A stretch of DNA of 60,627 nucleotides, counting the filler, from Circinaria calcarea (taxonomy: Eukaryota), in the NCBI GenBank assembly GCA_051942165.1. It is 10 parts of 10 records of this genome, joined end to end, with 100 filler letters (N's around TTAATTAATTAA, not from the genome) between each part and the next. Parts side by side here need not be neighbours in the genome. Positions count along the whole stretch, not along the records: positions 24,333 to 30,305 come from JAVECS010001724.1; positions 30,406 to 36,376 come from JAVECS010001725.1; 8 more parts are not named here. One strand, given 5' to 3'. The notes beneath the pieces are model-generated. The model was not told the DNA's origin and ran no database searches. It saw nothing but the letters and a program-made list of their open reading frames with translations. The number at the start of each line of letters is the position of its first letter. The first letter of the stretch is position 1. Made by a program: the position numbers and the translations under genes. Positions 24,333-35,917 of the stretch are shown one piece after another.

Positions 24333-24796
24333 TTGATGAAGGATTTTCGATGTTAAGGGGATATCTAGGCCTTCCAGCTCTGTAACTGTAACACTGCCTC
24401 TCGACAGCGACAAGAGTGAAATGCCACGACTCTGTACAGACGGTATCTCGGTAGTACAGAAGGGGGACGTAGAGTGATAGGTGGGGTTCGATTGGACAGA
24501 CGCAGCAGCAGAGGCACAGGCAGACGCAGCAAGACGGGACTCGGTTGGTGTGGGTGAGCTTCGTTTCTGATCGATCTACGCCTCTCTGTTCAAACGCGGG
24601 GAATGTGCTAGCAGGGGGGTGAGCAAGGCATTGGCGTGGGGGTCTAGACCCAATCGGGGAGACGTCGACCATTTATTTGGGTAGCAGCTGTCAATGTCCG
24701 TTGTACTGGGCACTTTTCGTAGCCAAGAGCTTTAATTATATCTTCACAGGGCCAAAGGATATCACTGAACCAAAGAAAATCTAACGTCCAAAAACG

Positions 24797-25598
24797 ATGG
24801 CCGAATTACAATCCGCACCGTTGAACTGGGAAGCTTCCGCAACCACCACCCACCCCCAGGTCTCGTCTACCCTTCCTCCAGAGGTAGCGGCTTGTCTGAG
24901 GAATGCGAGATTCGTTAGTCTCCACGGTTCAACATCTCCGGCGCTCTTTCTGACCTGACACCCAGCTCCATCTCGCTACTTGCACCAACCTCTTTCCCCA
25001 CATCTCTCTCATGAACTATACCTACCTGCCCTCGACGCCATTCTCTCCTCATCCGACAATCATCATGACCACAAATCCCTCCTCGAAGAAGACCTTGAAC
25101 CTCATCTCCAACCCGCGCGTTTCACTGCTGGTCCACGATTGGGTTTCTCACCGTCCACCAACACGAAATCCAGACCCGGCTCGGGAAGGATCTCCGCCAC
25201 CTCAGGCCACACGATCTAGTCTAGCGAGCTTATTGTTGAACATCAACACGAGCGCTTTGAGTAGCATCTCCACGACAATCAACGGAGTAGCTCAGCTAGT
25301 GCAGAGTGGCAGCGAAGAGGAGCGGTGGTGCAAGGAAAAGCATTTGGAAAACAATACCTTTGGAGACCAGGCAAGGGAAGAGAGGGGATTCTTCGGGCAA
25401 ATACAGAATGCTTCCGCCAGCGAGGGCGATGGTGGAACGAGTTGCTTCATTGAAGGGGAGGAGGTTCGGGTGGTGCTCGTCAGAGTCAAGGAAGGGAGGA
25501 TAGCGGACTGGAAGGGCGGAGTGAAGGATTGGACGATCATCTCCGAGGATGAAGAGAGGGACCGAGGACGGCATGGGATGTTAAATGGAAGTATCTGA
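24797..25598 (+). CDS. Pyridoxamine 5'-phosphate oxidase-like FMN split-barrel protein (YLR456W/YPR172W-like), 2 exons
   Basis: LPPEVAACLRNARF-LHLATC..PHISLMNYTY..SKKTLNLISNPRVSLLVHDW; intron at about 24914-24965. Confidence 0.88.
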
Positions 25599-26560
25599 TT
25601 TTGGCCGATTTGCATTGGCGGGCGTCAGATCGGAGCATAACTGAGGTGACAGCTTATACGGGACTGGTGTCTGTCGATTCGATCCTTTAACGAATCGATT
25701 GACCCTAATGACGGATATAAGTCAATAGAAATCTGAAACGGGTTCTTCTGTTGCGTTACTTTGCAAGCCAGAAGTGACAAGTAGCTTTTTAATGGGAGTT
25801 GAGTCCAGAATTGGCAAAAGTGTTATTTGTATCCGGAGACGGTTTACTCACTTCTTAAAAGTACTTCAGTATGCAGAGCGTGTAAGGGTTCCTCCACCCT
25901 AACCTGGCAGTAGGCATCTTGGCCCACCCCCTACACCACTTAACCACTCGGTGATAACAGTGTTCCCAATAACCATGATATAGTTGAATGACTACTTTCC
26001 AGAAACCTCACCTTGAAGTCAACTCGGCTCTAGGAACGGTCCAATACTAACCCTTTCCACTTCCCATCATACTCTCCGTAGATCGATTGGTGTTTTGTGC
26101 GGGAATCTTTATATAAATGCTCCGTTGATGATAGACATGTGCCTTCAGGAGACTGGCGACGAATAATAGAATAGCGGTATAGCGCGTGACCTAAGCTTTT
26201 TTCACAAGATTCTCCTTGGGCACACCAATTCCTCCTGACTCGTGGAACCTATACATATACTTATCAACTCAGGTCTTCCGAATGTATGAAGTAATCTTCG
26301 TATCAGGAAAGTCTGGTAAGTGAAGCTTCGACACGTGAAAGGCACTTGTTTTACCCTTCATAATTTAAACGCTTGTACGTCATTTTGCATATCTACGGTA
26401 ATCGCGTAACAACCCTGTTTTTCAACGGCGACGTGAGTTTATTTATGTACCCGCCCTTCTCGGTCATTTGAGGATTACTGACTTGTCATTTTGCCGGCAT
26501 CTTCAATCTTTAGAGGATAATTCACTTGTCAAAGACGCTCATTGGGCGCCTATTCCAAAG

Positions 26561-28104
26561 ATGGTCTACATACGACAGAAAGATCTCCCTGGATTGAAGA
26601 AATACAAGTATTCCGGAGTAGATCACTCCTTGGTGTCACGATATGTCCTCAAGCCTTTTTACAACAATGTGGTCATCGGCTGCTTTCCCATGTCAATGGC
26701 GTAAGGATATATGTTATATTCCATGAGGAGCGTTGCTAATACTCTGACTGTATTTTAGTCCAAACGCCGTAAGTACCGGTGCTAGTGTCAATAGAAATGC
26801 CTACTCAGTTGAAGTTTCTAGATTACTCTTGCGGGCTTTAGTTTTGTCGTTTTGAACATTTTGACCATGTTGTGGTATAATCCTACGCTTGATCAGGATA
26901 TGCCGAGATGGGTCTATGCAAGCTGGTCACTCGGGTTATTCTTATATCAAACCTTTGACGCTGTTGACGGGACACAGGCGTATGTATACTTAACCGCAGA
27001 AAGTTGCGGGATAGACACGCTGATTGAATCTCTACAGGAGGAGAACACATCAAAGCGGACCTCTGGGCGAGTTGTTCGACCATGGTATGAATAAAATCTT
27101 TATAAGGGATAAAACACTAATCCGAACGTCTAGGCGTTGATGCCTGTAACACCGTGCTAGAAGTGCTTTTATTCGCGGCGGCAATGAACCTTGGCCAGAG
27201 TTGGAACACTATACTTACCCTATTCGGCGGTATGTCAAGGAGTTCTGTACATTTATGTTCCAGTGTCTGATTTGAAACCTGCAGCTACGCTAACATTCTA
27301 CGTACAAACATGGGACGAGTATTACACTCAGACTCTCACCCTTGGGATAATCTCGGGCCCAGTCGAAGGTATCCTTACGCTCTGTATCGTCTACGCCATC
27401 ACGGCTGTGAAAGGGGGCGGTAGCTTCTGGCAGCAATCAATGTTACAAACCTTTGGCGTTGCCAAGGGTGGCATTATCCCTGACTACATCTACGACCTCG
27501 CTTTCAACGAGTGGTACATGGTATACGGCGGTATAGTACTTGTATTCAATACCCTTCAAAGGCACATGTTCTATTATCCTCTATATCCTTCCTCAATCAA
27601 CTAACTCCATGCAGCATCTTCAACGTAATGTCCGTTCGCAAAGCTCGCTCCCAGTCCACCCGAACCCCTCTCCCTGGCTTAATCCCGTACTTTGCAACCT
27701 GGACTCTCGTGGCCGCCTACCTCTATCTCCAGCCTATAATTCTCCACCACCACCTCATCCCTTTTGTCTTCTACGTCGGCCTCATCAACGCCTACTCCGT
27801 TGGTCAAATGATCATTGCGCATCTGGTCAAATCGGACAAGTTTCCCATGCAAAACGTCCTCACTATCCCCCTCGGACTTGCTGTGCTGGACTCTATCGGG
27901 TTGAGGACCGGATTGTGGCCTAGTGCGTTGGGCGATGGGACCTATCAGATCGGCTTCATGTTTGCGTGTTTGGGCTTGGGGATCGGGGTGTATGGCAGCT
28001 TTGTGTATGATATCATCACGACGATTTGTGATTATATGGATATTTGGTGTTTGACGATTAAACATCCGTATAGCGAGGTGGATTCGCTGAAGAAGCAGGG
28101 GTAG
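26561..28104 (+). CDS. EPT1: Choline/ethanolamine phosphotransferase (CDP-alcohol phosphatidyltransferase), multi-exon
   Basis: [58 protein letters not shown] (CDP-alcohol motif), QTWDEYYT and DIWCLTIK. Confidence 0.93.
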
Positions 28105-28813
28105 GTAGTATTTAGAGAGGGGGACAGTATGGATTGTGGGATATGTATGCTTGCGTACTCGGCCATGCTGTTGTCTAGCCATGAGTTATTTTAATTGTGT
28201 CCTATTAGATTAGATACCCGTTTCCGTCCTTGATTATTCTACAGTTGGAGATAGGTTTCATGCCTCCACGCCCGACTAATGCCAGACATGTCTTACCTAC
28301 TCAGAGCAAAACTACTCATGCCTGCAAACCTAGTAAACAGGAGCTCAGCACCATTACTTGAAGAACATAAAGCCATTACCCGATACCGCCTCTCTCTTCG
28401 AACTCAGGAAGTAGCCTTAACCCCTTATCTCGAACTCTCCCCTTGTTATTACCCACTCGCCTACAGGAAAGCCCTTGTATACATGTCCCAGACTAAACGC
28501 GGATAGATCAGCCAGGTATCTTCTCCCTGAAAAGGACAGATCGTCATGGTTTATGGAGTAGTTGGATACGAGTTAGTTGGTTGGAAAGGCTTTTCGTGAG
28601 GGGAGTTGGATGCGGGGGATACCATGATGGTGATGGTGAGTGGTTGAGAGTAGGAGAATGGGGGAACGGAAAGGAAGGGGCTTCTCAAACTCCTCGATTT
28701 GGAGTTTTGGGAAGTAGCACAGGGAAGAAAGATATGACTGGACCCTGGAGTCCAGAATTAATTTAAGAAGTCAAGGAGACTTAATCAGTGTTCAGAAAGT
28801 CCAAAACTAAACT

Positions 28814-29068
28814 CGCCAGAAAGGAGAGTCGAACCCACGCCTCCGGTTTCCCTCTTCCCCGTCCCCCCAAAAATCAAATCCCCACAAATGGCAAAAGCTC
28901 CTCACCTATGACCCGAAGGTCATAGGTGAGTACGAAACTCACCCGACTCTACCCTGAGAACAGGGCCGAGTAGGGATGTTGTTTACTTACCTCAGTCGAG
29001 TGGGTGCAGGGGTTACGCTAACCCAAACTCCGTAGAGTCTGCGCCGTAACCACCTCGGCCACCCGACC
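28814..29068 (-). ncRNA. Unidentified structured RNA in a tRNA-Leu-like Pol III frame (A box at the 5' end, T-run terminator, downstream B box)
   Basis: 5' GGTCGGGTGGCCGAGGTGGTTACGGCGCAGACTC resembles a Leu/Ser tRNA 5' half. GGAGGCGTGGGTTCGACTC, about 200 nt downstream, resembles a Leu tRNA 3' half with B box. Between them lie hairpins capped by cUACGg (29024-29041) and cUUCGg (28901-28930, 13 perfect bp). Confidence 0.7.
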
Positions 29069-30078
29069 AAGGTACCTGCTTTGGTTAGTGAGAGGTATGG
29101 TCGCTATAATGTATTTAAGGTCATAATTTGCAAGAACACGGAAATTTTAAAGTGCAGTGGATTCCTAGTGGGCACATGCTGCGAAGATGGCATATAGTTT
29201 GATTGTTGTACGAACACATTGATGGTTATAGGAGAAATTTGTTAGGTGCACTTGAAGAGGTTTCTTTACAAGAGCGGTCTGTACCTTTACTTCCCCCTTG
29301 GTGCAAGCACTACGCCTTGTACATGCTTATATCATGCGTTTCATACACTTATGCAAGCGCTGCGCGTCGTTACATGCTTGGTTTCATGCATAAATATAGC
29401 CTACTATGAGAAGACATCCCCACAGTAGAATCTCTTCAAGAAATGGATTGACTAGACAGATAGCAACCACACTAACACAGCAGTACGAAGTTGGCAATCA
29501 ACTATGAAAGTTTACTGACGCACATACATCCTGCCCATTAGGTGAAAGGCTTTTACTAGAAGCTTGAGTCTCCACGCAGAATAGATGACATGAAGTAATC
29601 GGAGGATACCCTACGTAGCTAAGGCTGTCAAGCAAGGGCTCTTGGTTCTGCTCAGTGCAAACGATCGAGGGCCCAAGGTATGGGTATCCCTTACTGGATA
29701 CTACTGATCGATTACTGTCGTGTCGTGTGGTTAACAAGGATTACAACTTAAGCGCGATGAGCGTCTGGCGTCTGCAATCGGCTACCATACGGCCTAAATG
29801 GTACAGTCAGGCTGAGGCCTCAACCGATACCTAATCATCCGTCTAGAAATATTCTCTGTTGCCTGAGACCCAACAATGAAACAAATGGGAGATTACTGAT
29901 TTGCAGATATAGCGGACTGCATTTCAGGGAATTTCCATCCGCTAAAATATTACAGAATGAGAAAATCTATGCGCTAAGAAAAGGATTTTCTCCAGCCTTA
30001 GACTTCTTGCTGTCCTAACTGGGAATATCGGCTTATTGGCTTATTGGCTTCTGCCTTTTGTCACAGTACGGTAAAGCT

Positions 30079-30305
30079 ATGTCAACCCCCAAAACCCAGG
30101 GGTTGAAAATATTGATGCTCCACGGTAAATCATGTCCTCGATTCGATTACGCCGTTCGTCAGGGTACCGTTTCATGGCTGACCGATCTCCAGGCTATACG
30201 CAATCAGGACCTCTCTTCCACAGCAAAAGTCGCGCTCTGGAGAAACTCCTGTTAAAAGTCTTCCCTTCGTCCACTCTACATTACCCAACAGCCCCGATTC
30301 CTCTG
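30079..30305 (+). CDS. FSH1/OVCA2-family serine hydrolase, 3' truncated
   Basis: LKILMLHG-YTQSGPLFHSKSRALEK..YPTAP; one intron at about 30125-30192. Confidence 0.88.
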
Positions 30306-30405
30306 NNNNNNNNNNNNNNNNNNNNNNNNNNNNNNNNNNNNNNNNNNNNTTAATTAATTAANNNNNNNNNNNNNNNNNNNNNNNNNNNNNNNNNNNNNNN
30401 NNNNN
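30306..30405. other. Artificial contig spacer
   Basis: N44-TTAATTAATTAA-N44. Confidence 0.98.
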
Positions 30406-30484
30406 TGCCGAGAGATCCCTTTTCATCTCCATATGGGCGGATAGCATGGACGGTTGATCCATTTCGTAAAATTTTGATTCGGCC
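30406..30484. repeat. Exact 79-bp direct copy of 31376-31454 (BIG1-like exon) at the contig start
   Basis: Identical sequence, offset 970 bp. Confidence 0.9.
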
Positions 30485-31101
30485 TTTCTTCCATCCCTCC
30501 CTCCCCTATCACTCTTTCTTTCATTCATTCTTTCTTCCTCCGTCAGTTCGCCCAAAACCCCCCAAAACCCAAAACCAAAAAAACCCTTTTCCCCCGAAAA
30601 CGCCCAACCAAGCGTCATGGAGACAACTTATCTTTTTCCAGCGAAATTGCCGAGACTGGATAGTTATACAAACCTCTTAGATCTTACAAACTTCGGCAGT
30701 CGAAGTTTCTTGGTATGGTTGGGGTGTAGTGTCAAGGTTTAGCCGTAGAAGAGTTATTGGAAAGGTGAGAGGGAGGGAAGAGGGGGAAGGGGAAGCGCGG
30801 AGAGTTGGGTTGGGTTCGGGTTCGGGTTGGGGTTTTTGTTTACTGACCGAGGAAGGGGGGAAGAGAAACCTCAATAGAGATCTCCAGCACCCATGACCAG
30901 CCAGAAAAAGTCAAAAAACCACATTAACGCAACACAGCAAACATACAAAATAATCACAAGATCTAGAGCCAACATAGGATAACGATTGTCACCCGCGAAA
31001 TACTTGTCGTCCTACTTCGTAGCCCCAATCCTTTTACAATATAATCTTGTTAGAATATACAAGCGGGATATAAGTCCCCCTCCCGTCTTCCCTCCCGGAA
31101 T

Positions 31102-32251
31102 CTACTGCTGCTGCTGCTTCTTCTGAGCCGCTGGACCCATTTCCTTATCGAACGCGGCGTACGAGACCTGCAAGCTCGAAAGCGCAGAGATACCGACGTA
31201 GAGGATCGAGAAGAGGAGGAGGCCGACGACTAAGCCCATGAAAAGACCTGAGATAAATTAGTGTCATTGCAACATGTAACGTCGCATGGAAATTCTAACC
31301 CGGAGTAAAGAACTGATATCTCTCAAACAGAGGTCCAGGAGGCAGCGTACTGTTCCTATTCGTCGAGTTTCCGAATGCCGAGAGATCCCTTTTCATCTCC
31401 ATATGGGCGGATAGCATGGACGGTTGATCCATTTCGTAAAATTTTGATTCGGCCATTAGGGCTTGGTGGGGCGTCAAAAGGGGAGTGGTGGTGTAGATGA
31501 CTGTAAAGTTGGGGGAGGAAAGGACGTCGAGGATAGAGGCGAGGAAGGGACCTGGGATGAGATTAGTTTTAGAATGATGGGGGAAAGGATGGGAGTTACC
31601 ATTCTCGTATAGTACTTCTGAGCGGGATGGGCCAGTGGGTAGAGCTGGGAAATCGAGCTTGATGATCCGAGGTTTCATGTCGTCGACAATGTCGAATAGA
31701 CCGGCTAACGAGCGTCTATTAGCCATCATCTCTAGCAAAACCTTATATGAAGCTGTAGTGTATAGGTCGCGAAGTTCGGTCTTCGGTCTTATCAGGTACT
31801 TACTTGAAGCATCCACGCTCAGAGTCCCAGCACCGCATCTCTCCTCCAGAGTCCTGACCAAAGCTGGGGTATCAATCTCTCCTAAGACATCCGTAACCGT
31901 AAAGCTTGATCGAATCCTCGAATCCTCTCCCGATATCCATCTCTGGAGGTGGGGCGACGAGAGCTTAGCCTTGTAATCGACCGCACTTACGCCGGGCTGC
32001 GATACGATAACGTATACATCCGAGGGACACTTCTCAAGCACTGATGCAAGAGTTTGCGTCAAGGAGAAAGCGGAGACGATCTTGGGAGACGAGGCAAGGA
32101 TTCTGTAGAGGACGACTTAGCAACGGACTTGGGGGCGGCTGAAGTTGGGGATATACTCGGAGGTCGAAAAGAAGATGAGCGGAGAGGTATCTTGGAAGGC
32201 TGTTGCTGTTGAAAGACCTAGGGCAAGTGCCCCTAATCGTAGTATTTGCAT
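31102..32251 (-). CDS. BIG1 / Voa1 (V-ATPase Ac45/S1-like) ER membrane protein, multi-exon
   Basis: Signal peptide plus AFQDTSPLIFFST; CPSDVYVIVSQPGV; C-terminal LFERYQFFTPG-LFMGLVVGLLLFSILYVGISALSSLQVSYAAFDKEMGP. Confidence 0.85.
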
Positions 32252-32413
32252 CCTGCTGTAAGATGGGAATGGAGCTTCAAGCCGCGGGCTCATGATGGCA
32301 CAGGTTGACGATCGACGTTGCCGCCTTTTGACGCTAGCGAGCCGAAGTTTCGGTGAAAGTTTGAGCTCTCCGAATGCTTAACAAACTTTTATATTCCAAG
32401 AGAATCTCTGGAT

Positions 32414-33155
32414 ATGTTAGGCAAACGAAAACTGACAGGCCTAGCTCCTCCGTTGGGGAAGAGGAGAAAGACTACACCGGCGGTCGAGGAAATCACCTTC
32501 GACTTCAATGCGCGGGAGGACTACCTTACTGGGTTTCACAAAAGAAAACTACAGCGGATCAAGCACGCACAGGAGGAAGCTGTCAAAAGGGCTCGGGAGG
32601 AAAGGGTTATAGCTCGGAAGACTGTGAGCTAAAGGATTACTGTGGGAAAGTTGAGGCGTGCCTGACGTATGTTATTAGCTACGAGAAGGTCGCAAGGCAG
32701 ATCTTGTAAAGCATGTCGAAGAGGTGAATGCTTTACTGAAGAAGGCGGGAGAAGACGGGACCTCTTCGGATGTCGAGGACCATGAGATCAAGTCGCAAGA
32801 ATGGGATGGCATACCAGAGCCTGTACCTATTGACGAGGAAGCCGAATACGTTGACGAAGACCGGCACACTACAGTTACAATCGAGGCAGTAGATGTTACT
32901 AGCGACGGTTTGCAGAAGGTGGTCGAAGAAGAGATAGCGAGCGGCGAAGATGATCACGGATCAGGTAGTGAAGCTACACCGAAGATGGCTGGACAATCCG
33001 AGGTGAAGACCAAAAGGGTATGGACCAAAGAACGGCCTGGAGGTCCGAAGAAGAAAAAGAAGAAGTTCAGGTATGAAAGTAAGGCAGAGCGGAAGGTGAC
33101 CAGGTATAAGGAGAGGTCCGGAAACAGGGCAAAAGCGAAGGCTAGGAAGGAGTGA
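32414..33155 (+). CDS. RRP17: Nucleolar rRNA-processing protein Rrp17/Nop25 (NOL12), 2 exons
   Basis: EEITFDFNAREDYLTGFHKRKLQR and KKKKKFRYESKAERK; intron at about 32624-32678. Confidence 0.92.
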
Positions 33156-33390
33156 AATCCAGCGGATAGCTGTAACATTCTCATCATGTCGATGCCCAGA
33201 GAAACCAACGTGGATATGTATGGCTCTCAATTCGACATGACTGCTACAAAGGTTGAGGCCTCTCTGAAACAAGCAGAACATGCCTCAGCGAGCTCGAATC
33301 GTAAAGGTATTCATGGAACGCCAATCTAATTTGCTCCCGTGACTCAACGAACCCACTTTAGCATGCAGCATCTTGAAAAGCTCCGAAGAG

Positions 33391-34066
33391 TTACATTCCC
33401 TCAATCTCCTGTTTGAAGTCGTCTAGGGCCTTCTGGGCCTCCTTGTACTTCTTTTCCAACTCCTCATACTTCATTTCCCACTTATTCTGTGTTTCCTCCA
33501 GAGCTTGCACTTTGCGTTCGTAATGGCCTGCCTTGATATCGGTCTGGCGTAGCCTGTAGGTCCACATGTCAGTAGCTGGTACCAAGAGCCTACAGCCTGT
33601 AGAAATTCGTAGCCAGGGCATACTTCTCGTTGGTCTCCCTCATGCTCTTATCAGCTTCCTCGGCTTCGTCTTCCAGTAGTTGCAGTCTTCTCTGTAAGGC
33701 TTCGTTCTGTGTGCCGTGATGACTGCTCTGTTCTGCGATAGCCTTTGCGTCTTTGACAGTAGCTTCTAGCTTCTCAACCTCAGCCTCTAAGAGTTGGTTT
33801 CGGTGTGAGAGTGATGTTATTTCCTGCTCTTTGGCTAAGTTTTCTTGTTCAAGCGTCTTCACCTTGGCGGTGAGCTCCTGGTTTTTTTCCTGTGCTTGCT
33901 CGGAATCTATCCGAAGAGTATTCATTTTCTACATGAGGTGTTGGCATCATGATAACCTTCATTATCCAAACATGCTTGGGGTGAATCTTCAAGGAAATTG
34001 GAAGGGTTTCGCCGAGGGCACTGGAGAAGCCCCACGTACCTGCTTGATGCTCTCGAGTGCTGACAT
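33391..34066 (-). CDS. TPM1: Tropomyosin (Tpm1/Cdc8-like), 3 exons
   Basis: MSALESIKQ-KMNTLRID..VKTLEQENLAKEQEITSLSHRNQLLEAEVEKLE..LQRRLQLLEDEAEEADK-LRQTDIKAGHYERKVQALE. Confidence 0.93.
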
Positions 34067-34416
34067 GTTTGCTATGGCTCTGCTGAGTTGGCTGTGAAGA
34101 TGAGGTGGATGTGGTTCGAAGAGACTTGTGGAAGGTGGGTAGCTTTTTGAATGGGCTTGATGCGTAGGTGTCGAGTTGTTTACTGAGGTGTTGGCCAGTT
34201 GCGTGCGTCTTATTCCGACGGCTTTCATGTTCAAGGACCAGGGTCGTCGGCATTGTGCGGTCAGCAATAACTTTTAACCGGTCGGCCGTGTACTGAGTAA
34301 ACAAAGCATCACCGTTACCGACGTACAAACTCCAGAACTGTACATTGATGCACAACTCAATCGGATGCTAGCTTAACATTTTGCGATAATTGAAGGCCAA
34401 ACTGCTGTAAATTGAG

Positions 34417-35917
34417 ATGCTAGCTGCACGAGATCAAGAAAATCTGGTGCATGGGCAGCAAGCTGCCGCAGCATCGAAACCGCTTAACCAAGGCATACGA
34501 CAGCTGCAGCCAAAGACACCCGGCAATAAAGTGCCCAAAACCCCCTTCAAGATACCGCTGAATGATGAGAACGGTGGGCTTGGGAATGGAGGCGGGAAGA
34601 CGGGACTCAATTTGAATGGCAAGGGCAACGAAAACTTCATGACTGTTGGTAAGAAAGGGGGATTGGGCGATAAGAATGCTTTCATTACTCCATTGGGTAT
34701 ATCAAAAGTAACCTTCCGATCGTTTTTATGCCCGGTGCTGATTGAACTTTAGGTCCAAGAACCCGTGCTCCTCTAGGACATAAGACTACCAATGCCAAAA
34801 CCAAAGCATTCCAGACACCTGCCCCGGCTCCGATGGATGAAGAACTAGATAAAACGACCCAAAAGAGCGCTACCGCCCGTAAGCCAAAACCTAGAGTATC
34901 TCATGCTGAGATGACAAAGCTGGATGTACTGGGCGACAAAGATGTACTTGAAGAGCGGGAAATCGAATATATGCCACCTCCTGCCAAGGGTAGGCCTCCT
35001 ATATCCGTACAATGGATATTTGCTGATGACCCATAGATCTGCCCTATCTACCGGACGACATGCCGCACGATCTTGACCTATCTATGTTTGCTAACGGCGG
35101 ACTTACTCGCGGCTACATGCATTACTTTGAGAACGAACCTGACTCCGAAGGACTGAGCTATGTCCAACGGAAACAGATGGCGCAGCAAGAGCTCTATGAT
35201 CGGATGGACAAGAGATACGAGGCCATGATTCTACGAGATGTGGAAAGCGTTCCCTTTCCATGCACCCATTTCCCTGATTGTCCAGGGGACGAATGCAAAG
35301 ATACCGCTGAACAAAAGAAGAAAGCTGAAGAAAAGTACCAGAAGACCATAGCAGCGCTCGACAAGCAAGCCGAACCTGTTAAAAAGAAAACCGCACCGTC
35401 CAAGGGACTCCCACCAACCGCACTCCCCAAACGTGCCGCACCTACCCTCTCTCACACAAAACCAACCACCGCCCTCTCCAAACCGGCCATCAAAGCCTCG
35501 GCAGCAGCAAAATGCAAAACCCCTTTCTTATCGTCAACCTCCATCTCCAGCAAAAAGAAAACCCCGCCCCCCGCCAACCCCTCCCCACTGCGCCACACCG
35601 CCTCCACCGCCGTCTCCAAGACCACAATGGGCTACTCCAAAGGCCGTGCCGCCTCCGCCAACCTCAGGAAAACCATCCTTCCTTCAAAAGCTGACAAGTC
35701 CATACCCGAAGTCCCTGACCCTACCCTTGCTCCGGCGGTTTACATTCAGCGCTTTGGGATCCCGCCGTTTGGGAGTGAGATGTGGACGAGGTGTAAGGCG
35801 AGTGGGTGCTTTGACGAGGATGAGGACGAGGAGAGGGAGGAAGGATGGAGGGGTGGTGCTGGGGCTGGGGAGCTGTTGAGGGAGGAGGCCGAGAGGGATT
35901 TCGAGCTTACGTGGTGA
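34417..35917 (+). CDS. Conserved fungal cell-cycle protein, securin (Cut2/Pds1)-like candidate, 3 exons
   Basis: MLAARDQEN start, several TP CDK-type sites, D-box-like RAPLGHKTTN and EIEYMPP motif; introns at about 34697-34752 and 34990-35036. Confidence 0.6.

Noticed and set aside
28890..28970. Hammerhead ribozyme (GAAAC after a stem on the plus strand)
   Set aside because: There is no CUGANGA core in the required position on either strand.
29020..29068. Amber-suppressor tRNA (CT-CTA after the D arm)
   Set aside because: The 3' half has no complementary anticodon-stem strand, the T and acceptor stems are broken, and a T5 run lies between the halves. The CTA is better explained as part of a cUACGg hairpin.
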